From NCBI RefSeq assembly GCF_006345805.1, contig NC_043000.1, positions 80,414,001-80,478,000 of the forward strand: 64,000 nucleotides of DNA, given 5' to 3'. Each line of letters begins with the position of its first letter. The first letter of the stretch is position 1. Below the pieces are notes generated by a model, which had not been told where the DNA came from, did not search any database, and saw only the letters and a list, made by a program, of their open reading frames with translations. Below, in pieces: positions 37,844 through 50,899 of this stretch. The DNA comes from Octopus sinensis. Taxonomy: Eukaryota. The position numbers and the translations under genes were made by a program.

Positions 37844-39470
37844 GAGTCAACCAGGTGATACATGAAGGAGTCATACCCAATGACTGGTGTAGCAGCACCA
37901 TAGTCAACTGCTACAAAGGTAAAGGTGATGCATTAGATACAAATAATTACAGAGGTATTAAGTTGTTGGATCAGGTAATGAAAGTTACGGAGAGGGTCAT
38001 AATCCAACTGACTAGGGAGAGAGTCAGTCTAGATGAGATGCAGTTTGGGTTTGTGCCAGGGAAAAGCACCACTGATGCTACATTTCTGGTAAGACAGCTG
38101 CAGGAGAAATATCTAGCCAAAGATAAACCTGTGTACCTGGGTTCCGTTGACATGGAGAAAGCCTTTGACAAGGTCCACCAGTCTCTTATCTGGTGGTCAA
38201 TGAGGAAACTAAGGATAGATAAATAGTTAGTGAGGGCTGTACAAGCCATGTACAGAGATGCTGTCAGTAAGGTGAGGGTTGGCAATGAGTACAGTGAAGA
38301 ATTCCAGGTAGGAGTGGGGGTCTACCAAGGATCAGTCCTCAACCCCCTCTTATTCATCATGGTCCTCCAGTCAAAAACAGAGAAATTCAAGACAGGATGC
38401 CCCTGGGAGCTCCTCTATGCTGATGACCTTGCTCTAATTACTGAGTCACTATCAGAACTAGAGTAGAAGCTTCAGGTGTGGACGCAAGGATTAGAATCAA
38501 AGGGCCTTAGAGTTAACCTAGCAAAAACCAAAGTCTTAATAAATAGGAAGGCAGACAAACCACAAATCCCTTCAGGTAGATGGCCCTGTTCGATCTGTAG
38601 AAAAGGCATAGGTAGAAACTCCATAAGATGTACCCAGTGTAAGCTATGGAAACATAAGAGGTGCAGCAATATCAAAGGAAGGCTAACTAAAAAAATAGTT
38701 TTTGTATGTGGCAAATGCTCAGGAGCAATAAACACAGAAAATGCGCAGAGAACAGCTTCTGTCACATTCCAGGGGGAAAAACTAGTAGTTGATAGCTTCC
38801 ATTACCTAGGTGACCAAATCAGTAGCGAGGGTGGATGCTCTGAAAGTGTAGCTTCTAGAATAAGAATAGCCTGGGCAAAGTTGAGAGAGCTCCTACCTCT
38901 GCTGGTGACAAAGGGCCTCTCACTCAGAGTAAAAGGTAGATACTATGATGCATGTGTATGAATAGCCATTGAGGACATGCATAAGTTTGCAAGTAATGAA
39001 GCCAGTATAATGGATGTATAATGTCAGAAAAGTTGAACTTAAGAAGCATCATATATGGTGTGCAAGAGAGATGACTGCACTGGTATGGTCATGTGTTGTG
39101 AGTGGATGAGGACAGCTGTGTGTAAAGTGTCACACGCTAGTAGTTGAGGGAACCTGTGGAAGAGGTAGACCCAGGAAGATCTGGGATGAGGTGGTGAAGC
39201 ATGACCTTTGAAAATTGGGCTTCATCGAGGCAATGACAAGTGACTGAGTCCTTTGGAGATATGCTGTGCTTGAGAAGACCTGGAAAGGCAAGTGAGACCA
39301 TAAACATGGCCTATGCCAGTGCTGTATAACCAGCCCATTTAAGAGTACCCTTCAATCATTGACAATAAACTATGCTTGCGAAGACATGTTGAGGCAAGGG
39401 AAATCATTGTCGTGGCCGATGACAGCACCACCTGATTGGCACCCATCCCAGTAGCACGTTAAAAGTACCG
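37844..39470 (+). mobile_element. 5'-truncated RTE-clade LINE; RT with an inserted PHD-type zinc finger
   Basis: NYRGIKLLDQVMK; QFGFVPGKSTTDA; VDMEKAFD; QGSVLNPLLF; LLYADDL; C4HC3 at 38587-38718; several stops. Confidence 0.92.
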
Positions 39471-39479
39471 TTTGAGTGT

Positions 39480-40420
39480 GATTGTTGCAAGGCATTTGGA
39501 CTCAGCATTAGCCTGGACAAGACTGTTGTAATATTCCAGGCTGCACCAGAAAATCCATATGTGGAACCAGCTATCTTGGTAGAAGGAACAATACTGAAAG
39601 TGGTAGACACGTTTGTCTACCTGGGCAGCACACTCAGTCATTCTTACTCCCTGGATGATGAAATATCTTTCAGGCTGCAGAGAGCAACTGATTCCTACCG
39701 GTCTCCTCAGTCTCACGTCTGGTCCCAGCATGGTATCACAAGGCAAACAAAAATTTCTGTGTACTGACATCACTCCTTTACTCATGTGAGACATGGACCC
39801 TTTATAAACATCATGTAAGGGTCCTTGAATGCTTTCATCAGAGATGTTTCAGACACATTCTGAATGTTGGCTGGACCTTAAAAACTCCAGACACAAAGGT
39901 CCTGTGGACAGTTTGATATCTTGAGTATTGAAATGATGGTGCCCAGGCACCAGTTATATTGGACTGGACACCTTATTAGAATGAAGGATAACAGGATCTC
40001 TAAGCAGTTGCTATATGGGGAACTTGTGAATGGAAAAAGACCTCGATAGAAACCAAAGCTGCGATTTAAGGACGGTATCAAGTCTTCATTAAAGGCCTGT
40101 GATATGCAGGAAACTGACTCAGAGAGCAATGCCTGTCACCACCACAGATGGAGGAAGCAGGTTAAGGAGGGGGTCAACATCTTTGAGAGAGCATGTATTC
40201 TGCATGAAGTACTTAAGTGTGCTGCTCAAAAGTACACTGCTGGTGTAGTGAATAGGGTAAGCTTGGTCTGCAGTGTGTGCAGTCATGTATGCTTGTCAAG
40301 AGCAGGGGTCATTAGCCACCAACAGAGCCGAAAATGCAAAATATAATTTATTCCTATAGCGCACACTGTTTCTGAAGGTCAGTAATGGTCTTCCTCGGAC
40401 ATGAGTGGACAGCCATCATA
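39480..40420 (+). mobile_element. RTE-1/BovB-like LINE 3' fragment with a C-terminal C2H2-like finger
   Basis: LKVVDTFVYLGSTLS...DDEISFRL; CETWTLY; WTGHLIRM; KPKLRFKD; CSVCSHVCLSRAGVISH. Confidence 0.88.
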
Positions 40421-40628
40421 TATATATATATGCATGTATGTATGTATGTATGTATGTATCTATTTATGTATGTATGTATTTATGTATGTATGTATGTGTT
40501 GGAGAATAAAACAAATGGTTTACACCTGGTAGCTTACTAGTAAAGTATGGTCACTTTCACAGTAACCGTTATGTGTATGGCAAATGAAAGATAAAAGATG
40601 GAATATACGAGAATTTATTAATCATGAC

Positions 40629-40692
<64 letters not shown>

Positions 40693-41588
40693 ATATGTAT
40701 GTATGTGTATCAATTATAACTTTTAATGTATGTTAATATGTGTATATGTATAAATATATATAATGTACACACACATATTTACATATGTGTATGCATACAT
40801 ATCCATAAATATTTTCAGAAGTGTGTGTGCTTGTCAGGAAAGAAAGAGAGAAAGAAACTTTGAAATTTGGATAGCAGGCCAATTTTATGGTTAGAAATAT
40901 ATGAACCTCTCTCATTCTCTCTCCCTTTTCTCTCCACACACACACACATGCACCCCCCCTCTATATGCATCTATGCAGATTTGTTAGAAAAAGTCATTCT
41001 TGCCTAAAGGAGCACCACATCTTTGGACATAGTAAAAGTTGGATTGAACTGTATGAAAACTGAATATAGAAAAAGTTATCTTTAGAAACTAATTACAGGA
41101 AAATGCCACAAGGAATTTAGTGGTTATATTTACAAAGCCAGTATAAACCTTCAAGTTTCCAATTGTTTCCGACTAATACATATTTTCTTCTATGGCCTCA
41201 TTTGGCAAATACTCAGTCAGGTAATAGGTGGGAAACAACACTGAAAATACACCAATAAATTACAACACTTTGCTTCTATATTGAGTACCTTTTCCTCTTA
41301 TTTGCTAACTCAAACATGTGTGTGTATGTGAGTGTGTGTGCATGAATGTATGTATTGTATATGATTATATTCTTATACTTGCTTCTGCCATTTGACTGTT
41401 ACCATGCTGGAGCATTGCCTTTGGAGGGTTTTAGTTGAACAAATCAACCCAGGATTTATTTCTTAAGCCCAGTACTTATTCTAGAAGTCTCTTTTGTCAA
41501 ACTACCAAGTCACAACACGTTATCAAGAGGTGATCGGAGACAAACACACACACACACATAGACACACAAGCACACACACACACACATA

Positions 41589-41942
41589 CAGGGTGCGGTG
41601 AATATATTGTTGTCTAAATTATGCAAAAATGAAAAATAACACTGACATCTCATTTTAACAGTTATATTTACCAACATTACATAAAAATACCTTGAAATAC
41701 TAAACAGTAAATTTATTCAATAAAATCGCCATTGGCTTCAACCAAAGCCTTTAGACAAATTCAGAATCCCCTGCAACTCTTCTGGATGGTCTTCTTTTAA
41801 GTTGACAGAGTGAATTGTATCATGGTACTGTTTTTCTCACAGATGGTGCACAACTGAACCTTACTATACTGTGTGGTTGACAAAATCAAAAATAATGTGC
41901 ATGTCCTAAATTATGAATATAAAATTTACCCGTCACACTCTG
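41589..41942. mobile_element. MITE derived by internal deletion from the 15298-16172 family
   Basis: TA-cagggtgcggtgaa...cgtcacactctg-TA; left part matches ~15298-15510, right part matches ~16020-16172. Confidence 0.85.
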
Positions 41943-42059
41943 TATATATATATATATATATATAAAACTCAACTTGTGTGTCTGTGTGTGTATCTGTGTG
42001 TGTGTCTGTGTGTTTAACTTCCCGGCACATCTCCTCCTAGCCAACAAATCGTAGAACCA

Positions 42060-42716
42060 CCAAAAATGGGTCACTTAAAGTTTAGGCGAATGAAAATTGA
42101 ACTGTGCTATTTCTATTCCGAAATTGATCTCGCAAGTGCAAAAATCGATAATGTGTTTGTTTGGGCCTTATCCCATGCATTGAATAGTGAACTTTACTCA
42201 GTCAGCTGTTTGACGTGAACTGTGTTCACCATGCGTGCAAGCATGCGTAAATTGCATGAAAAATAAAAAATCAAGATATAAAAATGAATCGTTGTAAACA
42301 TTGTAGAAATTCGGCAAAGAAATGAATTTTCGGGATGTAGCCTGGAGGGTTTTTTTGTACTAATCGTTTGGACTTTGTGAACACATACCAATTGTTTTCA
42401 TAACATTTTTAATGCTTTGAATTAAATGTGACCATTTTGCGTTGAGTCTGCAGTTTGAATCACTTTAACCAAATTTTAGCAGGCCGGATTTTTGATCATC
42501 ATGATACATTGCCAACGACTCCCTAAAACTCTCCTCTGAAATCCCTGTTGAGAAATATTGATCTAAAAGAATAATTCAACAATGCAATTATTTGATCAAC
42601 AAAAATTTATGAAATGCTTCTACGTACGTCCTATTGAGGAAATGGAACACATAAGCGCAAAAATAGAGGGCATTAAATGCTTGATTTTAAAAACAAAGCC
42701 AGGCAATACTGCTAGT
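42060..42716 (+). mobile_element. Probable non-autonomous Helitron 3' region
   Basis: Ends aaagccaggcaatactgCTAGt, similar to the 19403-19428 terminus. Confidence 0.45.
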
Positions 42717-42736
42717 ATATATATATATATATATAT

Positions 42737-43146
42737 ATATTAATAGTTATCTCCATACTAATATGGCAGTCTATAAATATAAGACTAAAGCTGTCGCTGA
42801 TTAGCTCCAAGAGGCCATCGCCTCTAGCTAGCTATATGACACACGAACCTACGTCCATTACAACCTTCGAACAGGGGAGGTCAGCCACTTCACCTTGCTA
42901 GTCAGACATCTGCAGACATGTTTCAGGGTTGTTGCTCTTTATCAATGCAGCGTAGTCAGACCCAGCAGGTGTCGCTACTGACCATCTGTTCGAAGATTTT
43001 ATTTACCTGGTTTCGAAGGTTGTAATGGACGTAGGTTCGTGTGTCATATAGCTAGCTAGAGGCGATGGCCTCTTGGAGCTAATCAGCGATAGCTTTAGTC
43101 TTATATTTATAGACTGCCATATTAGTATGGCGATAACTATTAATAT
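42737..43146. repeat. 135-bp inverted arms (42737-42871, 43012-43146) around a 140-bp spacer containing an HHR
   Basis: Arms differ at only a couple of positions; the minus-strand unit is homologous to 53045-53310. Confidence 0.92.
42910..42950 (-). ncRNA. Minimal hammerhead ribozyme, U3-A8 core variant
   Basis: ctgca-TTGATAA-agag caacaa ccct-GAAA-CATGT-C-tgcag; GUC triplet. Confidence 0.62.
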
Positions 43147-43536
43147 CCAGTAACGCTGCCGTAATCTCCTTTAGAGAGACTTAGTAATTTTAATATTTCT
43201 ATTATATATATATTTATTATATATATATATATATGTACACACACACACATATATACATATATTTATATATATATATATACATGTGTACATATATAAATTT
43301 ATAAATAAGGATAATATCGATATTTAAATATCGATCTGATCAAGTGGCCAGCATGGGAATAAATACCATACAAAGGTAATAATTATTTAAAACTATAAAT
43401 TAGGGTATCTGAGAGATACCGCCATGCTGAAATAGCAGTCAAAACCCTGACCCTAAAGCCACCTTAAATGTTCATATAGCGCTAGGAGAGAAGACAGAGA
43501 GACAAAATAAACTAGCAAAAAAGTTTTTTCTGGATA

Positions 43537-43595
43537 ATTCAAGATCCTGGATTTCTGGCTTTGCATAAGAGAAGCTCTGCCTTCGTCAGTTGAAT
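43537..43595 (-). ncRNA. Type-I hammerhead ribozyme with canonical core
   Basis: attcaa-CTGACGA-a-ggc...gcc-a-GAAA-TCCAGGAT-C-ttgaat; 6-bp stem I; AUC triplet. Confidence 0.7.
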
Positions 43596-44399
43596 ATACC
43601 AGATAAGCACATAAATACAGATATATATACACAGAACATACCTTATACTTACATATTCAAATGCTCATACATACATATATATGCACGTACGTACAAGACC
43701 AGCTTAAATTACCTGCCTAACAGCTCCACGATGTGTATGTATGTATGTATGTATGAATAGAGTGTTTAAATATATATACATATTCAGGATTTTAAAAAAG
43801 ACAACAAATGGAAAATATAACATACCTATATATATAATTCCAAAAAATGTGTAGTAAATAAACAAACGAACATATGCTAAATACACAGGCAAACAGAAAA
43901 CACAGAAGGTTACCAACTCTTCATCAGTTATCGGCTAGAGGGTCAAATGTAATTTCAGCCATTATAAATAATATTGCTTCTACTCTGGAGGCACTGGCAA
44001 GAAACTTGCTGGGAATGGGACCAAAGCATAACAAAACAAGATCGGCTCAAGACAAGACCGTTAGTAGATGGATGAAGGACAAAAAATAAACGGAATAAAG
44101 GCTTAGGTCCACACAAAGACAACAATTAATGATGATACATATACAACAACAAAATAGCCTTTGGGCTGCAAGACAAGACAAAACTGGGTAACGCGAAGGA
44201 GAAATGTAAACTGTCCTAAAGGACTATAGACATGGAAGGGATAGAGGAGCTCAGAAAATTGCGACTAGTGCAGTCGAAGGCAATGTGAAAAAGAACAACA
44301 CTGCCTTAGGTCCTCACAGGTCACATGATAGTGGGAGGAGGGTAACAGAGAAAGACAGTGAGAGGGAAAGAGAGAGATATACATGTATTATACATATAT

Positions 44400-45350
44400 A
44401 TCATCATCATCGTCAGCAGCAGCAGCAGCATTTAACGTCCGTTTTCCATGCTGGCATGGGTTGGATGTCTTGACATGAACAGCAGGGCCAGTGGCTGCAC
44501 TGGGTTCCATAATCTGTTTTGGCTTGTTTTCTACAGCTGGATGCCCTTCCTAATGCCAACCACTTTACAGAGTGTACTTGATGCATTTTACAGGACACCA
44601 TCAACTGTTCTTTTTACGTGACACCAGCACCATGCTTTTTACATGGCACCAGCTCTGACAAGGTCATCAAGTACCTTGCAAGACAAAATCTTTTCAACTG
44701 GGACAAGAAGAGTTTTATCGAGGGTGTGTGGCAGTGTGCCAATTGAGAGAATTAAGATACAGATGGGACAGATATAGGTGACTTGCTGTAGAATAGATAC
44801 ATGGATAACCCAGTTGAAAAATAAAGGAGAGTGAGTTAGAGAGTAAGATGAAGAGAGTGATAGTAAAGAGGTGTTGGCAAAATGTGTAGGAACATACCCC
44901 CAAGGGACATTAGAGGTAGTGAGAATAGGTGAGGTGATATAGAGGCTTGAGCTGAGTGATGGGCAGGATGAGGTGACTGTTGCAAATGATGAAGAGAAAT
45001 GCCGGAGAGACTTGTGGGAAAGGATTGCAGTAGATATGAGAAAGCATTTATGGTGATAGCAAGTAATTGAGTTGTTGATGATGGACAGCAGCATTGCAAG
45101 GAGAGAGAGGGTGCAGAAAGGAGGTGATTGGTACAGACAGTAGGTGGGGGTAGAAAGATAACGGGGCTGGGGGAGGAGGAAAGTTAACTGATAAGCAAAG
45201 GGGTGTAGTATGTGCATATTCTGCTCTCAGGTGATAAAGGAAGTGATGGGTGTTGAGGAATGAAATGTAGGTGGAGGGAGAAGGTTGAGGGACAGAGAGG
45301 ATGGAGGTAAATCTTACCAAGGTAGTTTTAAGATATAAATTCTATTCTGG
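44400..45350 (-). mobile_element. RTE-tail-associated repeat, degenerate
   Basis: (cat)n/(cag)n-tttaacgtccgttttccatgctggcatggg tail; purine-rich upstream region of unclear coding status. Confidence 0.55.
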
Positions 45351-45514
45351 TAGACAAGTCTTCTTGAGTGCAGCAAGGCACCAGATATCTTGGTCCTTTG
45401 TCATCTAATTCATAAGGCACTGCATCTTGAGATTGGTTTTCAATACTTCACCACATGTTTTCTTTGGCCTCCACTTCCACAAGTTCTACCTGCTGTAATT
45501 AAAGATGTACATAT

Positions 45515-45720
45515 AAGGTAGTGAACTGGCAGAATCATTAACATGCTGGGCAAAAATTCTTAGCAGTATTTCATTCATCTTTATGTTCTGAGTTCAATTT
45601 CCACTAAGGTTGACTTTGCCTTTCATCCTTTCCGGGTTGATAAAATAATTACCAGGTGAACCCTGGGGTCAATGTATTTAACCTCCCTTTACCCTTAACC
45701 TGTTGGTCTGGTACTAAAAT
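45515..45720 (+). mobile_element. SINE with Nin/Deu-like domain
   Basis: aaggtagtgaactggcagaatc...gttgactttgcctttcatcctttccgggttgataaaataa. Confidence 0.72.
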
Positions 45721-45924
45721 TCAAAACAAATTATAGAGATATGTATTGAGGCTCAAAATGAGAAGTAGATTGACAGCCGACAACTGATGAAGGTTCATTC
45801 TTTATTTACTTGTCTTCTTTTCCATTTGCTTCTCTCATTGTTTGTACACCCAAATTTGTATTAGTATTTTATGTTGTTTACGTTTTGTGACGTCCTTCAC
45901 CCATATATGCATATATATATTTAC

Positions 45925-46040
45925 ATGTATGTATGTATGTATGTATGTATGTATGTATGTATGTATGTATGTATGTATGTATGTATGTATGTATGTATGT
46001 ATGTATGTATGTATGTATGTATGTATGTATGTATGTACGT
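45925..46040. repeat. (TATG)n microsatellite
   Basis: Direct reading; similar tracts at 16174, 23348 and 57065. Confidence 0.97.
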
Positions 46041-46149
46041 ACGTACGTATGTATGTGTATATATATATATATATACATACGTATGTATGTACATACGTAC
46101 GTATGTATATATATATATATATTTATTTATTTATTTATTTGTATGCATA

Positions 46150-46182
<33 letters not shown>

Positions 46183-46235
46183 GAAAAAGCAAGTCAAAAA
46201 TAGAAAATGCTAAGATAATTTTATAGTGAATCTTT

Positions 46236-46273
46236 CAGTACCGGTTTCGGTCATTTTGAGACCTTTTCAACTG
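46236..46273 (-). ncRNA. Minimal hammerhead-like motif, U3-A8 variant, short stem I
   Basis: cag-TTGAAAA-ggtc tcaaaat gacc-GAAA-CCGGT-A-ctg; stem I only 3 bp. Confidence 0.5.
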
Positions 46274-46416
46274 TAACGATTAAATAATTAAATTTAGAAA
46301 AATTAGAAGAAAAGTTTTTTTAAAAGAATATTTCTATAGTAGTGTTCAGATATAAGTAGCATTCTGCCTTTCTCTGACTCCCTTGTTTGCACTTGTGTGT
46401 TCGAGGTCGTTGTGTA

Positions 46417-46452
<36 letters not shown>

Positions 46453-47565
46453 GGCTTCCTTCAGTTTCTGTCTACCAAATCCACTCACAAAACTTCAGCT
46501 GGATTGAAGCTGTAGTAGAAGACACTTAACCAAACTGTCACACAGTGGGACTGAACCCAGAACCATGTGGTTGGGAAGTAAACTTCTTACCACACAGCCA
46601 CATTGCATGCACACACTCACACACACATGCATAAGTATATGCTTATATATATATATATATATATATAGTTTTATATATATATATATACATACACACACAC
46701 ATATATACACATACATGTATATGTACGTACACACATATACATATTGCTATACACCTATGCATAGATGTGAAGATTTATTTTGTTCATTTGTGTGTAATGC
46801 ACATTTTTTTCTTTGCATGCATATTGAATGAAAGATTATTCATGGACAGGACTTTTATGGCTGGCTGCACTTACTCATGTCAGCACTTTCCAGCTCACAA
46901 GTAACAGATTTTTTTATTCCAGAGATTTCACAAACATCATCATCATCACCATTATTATTGTATTAGTGTCTGTGTATCCATACTTGCATGGCGCTGATGA
47001 TAATTCATGGAGCCAGAGTTTTCTATGGATAGATGCCCTTTCTGTTGCTTGCCCCAGCCTTGGCTGTTTCCTAGTCTATTGAACAAGACTGCTTGGAAAG
47101 GTTTTACGTAGGAATCTGGAAACACTGTTCAAAAAGCATTTAGTTTACAAATAACAAGTTGTATATCAAGAAACCAGATTATTCTTTATTTGTAAACCAG
47201 CAAACAACGAGGGCAACTCACAAACTCACACATACACCCAGATGCAATTACACAGGTACATAATATCAGTTTTCATTCACAAAATACACTCATATGATCT
47301 TGGTTGGTCCAGAAACATAGTAGAAGACACTTGTTCAATGTGCCACACAGTGGGAACTGAATGCAAAACCATGTAGTATAGAAATGAACTTTTTACAGCA
47401 TACAGCCATCTATATGTATAAAAATGTATGTATGCATGCCTCTCATCATCATCGACATAATCAATTAATGTCCATGTTTCATTCTGGCATTGGTTAAACA
47501 GCTTGACAAGTATTTGATGTGTCCAGTGTCTGCTTTGGCATGGTTTCAACAGCTGATATTATATA

Positions 47566-47774
47566 CTCTTTACTCTTTTACTTGTTTCAGTCATTTGACT
47601 GTGGCGATACTGGAGCACCGCCTTTAGTCAAGCAAATTGACCCCGGGACTTATTCTTTGTAAGCCCAGTACTTAGTCTATCAGTCTCTTATGCCGAACCG
47701 CTAAGTGACGGGGATATAAACACACCAGCATCGGTTGTCAAGCAATGCTAGGAGGACAAACACAGACATATACA

Positions 47775-47806
<32 letters not shown>

Positions 47807-47977
47807 CATATATACGACAGGCTTCTTTCAGTTTCCGTCTATCAAATCCACTCACAAGGCATTGGTCGGCCCGGGGCTATAGCAGAAGACACTTGCCCAA
47901 GGTGCCATGCAGTAAGAGTGAACCCGGAACCATGTGGTTGGTTAGCAAGCTACTTACCACACAGCCACTCCTGCACC
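47566..47977 (-). mobile_element. Near full-length young tRNA-derived SINE
   Basis: ggtgcaggagtggctgtgtggtaagtagc head, CORE-like ggcaccttgggcaagtgtcttc, internal (TA)n, (gtaaaaga)n-type tail; CpGs retained. Confidence 0.88.
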
Positions 47978-48001
47978 TATATATATATATATATATATAA
48001 T

Positions 48002-48571
48002 TTTCAGAATGAGATAAAAATCGAAGGCTGTGAAAGATTTTAGAACATTTATAAATGGAAGGTCTTACAGCTGTTTCTGGGATATTTTATATATCCCTTC
48101 ATTAGAGACAGTGTGAGAAAATGGTTAAGCAATAGTTATTTTAGGTAAGATATGAAATAGAGAGTGAAGTGGAGGAATGAAAATAGACGTGAGATATGCA
48201 GGGATATTGCATCTGTAGATCCATTATTTAGGCAGAATGGTATACATATAAGATTCCAATATCTTGTGAGTAAGTTTCAATAGTATTTAAATACCACTGG
48301 AACTTACACGGTATTGGAATCTTATATGTATACCATTCTGCCTAAATAATGGATCTACAGATGCAATATCCCTGCATATCTCACGTCTATTTTCATTCCT
48401 CCACTTCACTCTCTATTTCATATCTTACCTAAAATAACTATTGCTTAACCATTTTCTCACACTGTCTCTAATGAAGGGATATATAAAATATCCCAGAAAC
48501 AGCTGTAAGACCTTCCATTTATAAATGTTCTAAAATCTTTCACAGCCTTCGATTTTTATCTCATTCAGAAA
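48002..48571. repeat. Near-perfect 570-bp palindrome (arms 48002-48261 and 48312-48571)
   Basis: ~260-bp arms with about one mismatch; the 50-bp spacer is itself an imperfect palindrome centred on gtatttaaatac. Confidence 0.95.
48464..48511 (+). ncRNA. Hammerhead motif with G5 changed to A (mirror copy at 48062-48109, minus strand)
   Basis: gtct-CTAATGA-a-gggatat ataaa atatccc-a-GAAA-CAGCTGT-A-agac. Confidence 0.55.
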
Positions 48572-49397
48572 TTTTTTGTTATATACACACATGCTGATAT
48601 ATGACCTATGTTGGACTCCTTATTTGCATAATCACCGAACCTAGAGCTTAACTATAATCTGTCCATAGCACTTGTTCAGCATTACCTGACACCTTTGGGT
48701 CTTATTGACACCATTACCTCTCATAACCTCTCTCTCTCTATATATATATATAGGCATGGGTTAGACAGCTTGACAAGTATTTGATGTGTCCAGTGTCTGC
48801 TTTGGCATGGTTTCAACAGCTGAGAGTGTAGGCTTGAAACAGTAGACTTTTTCACTTCCCAAACATTAAACTAATACATCTGTTTGTTGTCTACACCACC
48901 TGTCTTCCTCTTTTGTTTTTTTGTGAATTCTCCCTATATATAGGCATGGATTAGACAGCTTGACAAGTATTTGATGTGTCCAGTGTCTGCTTTGGTATGG
49001 TTTCAACAGCTGTGCCTTTGTTTCTTTCATTGTTCACAAAAAATGTTCCTATTCCATGTCTTCGTACTTCGTATTTTTTGTTGTCTATGTTTTGTGATGT
49101 CCTGTGTCTGCATATGCATATGTATATTCATATACGTGTAAGTATATTCATATACGTGTATATTCATATACATGCAGCAGAAATACCTCCCACATTTGAA
49201 AGGTTGACAAAAGGAAAAAGAAACAACATTTATGAAAAATTAATTTTACTGTTGTTTAAACAAAGCCTTACTGCCTTTGTTCCTTAGCTAAATGTAAATA
49301 TCATTGGCACTTGCATAAGTTCATTAGCAACACATAGGTGAAAGTTTAAAATGTGAGAGGTATTTCTGCCACACACTGTATATACATTATTTACATG

Positions 49398-49445
<48 letters not shown>

Positions 49446-49467
49446 ATATAATATATATATATATATG

Positions 49468-49544
<77 letters not shown>

Positions 49545-49568
49545 GTATGCATGTATGTATATATATTC

Positions 49569-50124
49569 ATGTCAGGTCACTTTCGAGTGCTACTGGTAAC
49601 ATGTAACCCAGTACAACCTGTTGCATGGTTGGGTCGTCAACGACTAAACCGGCAACCCCACCAAGCTTGATTGGTGAGGAGGGTATTTATTGGACACCCT
49701 GCAGGATGAAAAACAAAATCCGTCAAAGGGCGGAGGAATTCTTGAGAGTCAACGGCCATCCAATAAATATCTTAAGGTTGTATCATGCGCGGGGACATAG
49801 AAATAATCGAACTGAATACCCGATCACGCAGTTAACCATTGGGAGTGAAGGACTCCTAGCCTTTGTTAGGGCATCCTTCTAGGAGAAGGTAACTCAGGTA
49901 ACTGGGATAACTCCAACATAAAACCTGCGGTTTAGTGGTTACCGATGATGTTGACTTGTTCTTCTTTTCGGATTATGGCTGCTGTTGCTTAGTGAGTGGG
50001 ATTGACTCAGTGCACAGCCTTTCCTCACTTTAAAAAAAATCTTCTTGCGCAGGCATTGCATGATAACAACATTGATTAAGCTTCGTGCAATAGCCATACT
50101 CGATAAAGAGGGGGCAGCCACCAT
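49569..50124 (+). mobile_element. ~560-bp non-autonomous element embedded in (TATG)n
   Basis: Full-length homolog of 21403-21960. Confidence 0.8.
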
Positions 50125-50899
50125 GTATGTATATATATGTATGTATATATGTATATATATACATATATATATATAAATACAAAAATGGGACAAGAGCACA
50201 AAACATCCAGACAGACGATACAAAGAAAACAAGGAAGGGTCATTCGGAGTTTTGTTTCCTCAGTCGAGTTCAATGTATAGAGTATGATGTACAGAAATTG
50301 AATATTGAGGGAAAAAATGTTGCCAGAATTTTGAAAAAAAATCTTTTTATTTCTTCATTATTAGCGCTTTCATTCCTTTCTGGAATTTGACAAATAAAAA
50401 TTTTGTGAATGTACATACAGCTTGTTCATTTATATAAAAAAGATATTTTTGGGAGGTATTTGTTTAGAAGAGAACATTGTTTTTGTATTTATCCCTTTAC
50501 CATTGTATTGGAATGGGTTTAAGGATGATGACCTCTTCAAAAACAAAAAAAAATATTAAACAGTGCAGTTTGGTCATCACAGAAAATCATTTTTGCTTTC
50601 TTTCTCTCTTCCCCTTTCCTTCTTTTTCCTTCTTTCTTTCTTTTTCTCCTCTTTGAGTTATATTTAGAATACAAAATGTACTGTTTCCATTCAATTTTGG
50701 AGGAAATATTTTGAGGAAATGTAGTTCTGCATAAAAAAAATATTAGTATAATATTTGCAAATTAACAATTTTAAAAATAAATAAAATTAAATGAATATAT
50801 ATATATCTGTAAATATTATAAATTCCTCTATTTACATAATATCGAGGTCTCTTTCCTTTTTTTGTTGTCTTGCCTTTTCTATTGATATATATATATATA

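Noticed and set aside
44245-44330. Two adjacent hairpins (cgact/agtcg and aaggca..cac/gtg..tgcctt) that might be a ribozyme
   Set aside because: No HHR, HDV-like or twister core could be fitted and there is no second copy for covariation
44639-45217. 192-aa minus-strand ORF
   Set aside because: Ser/Leu/Thr-rich translation of a purine-biased repeat strand with no motif
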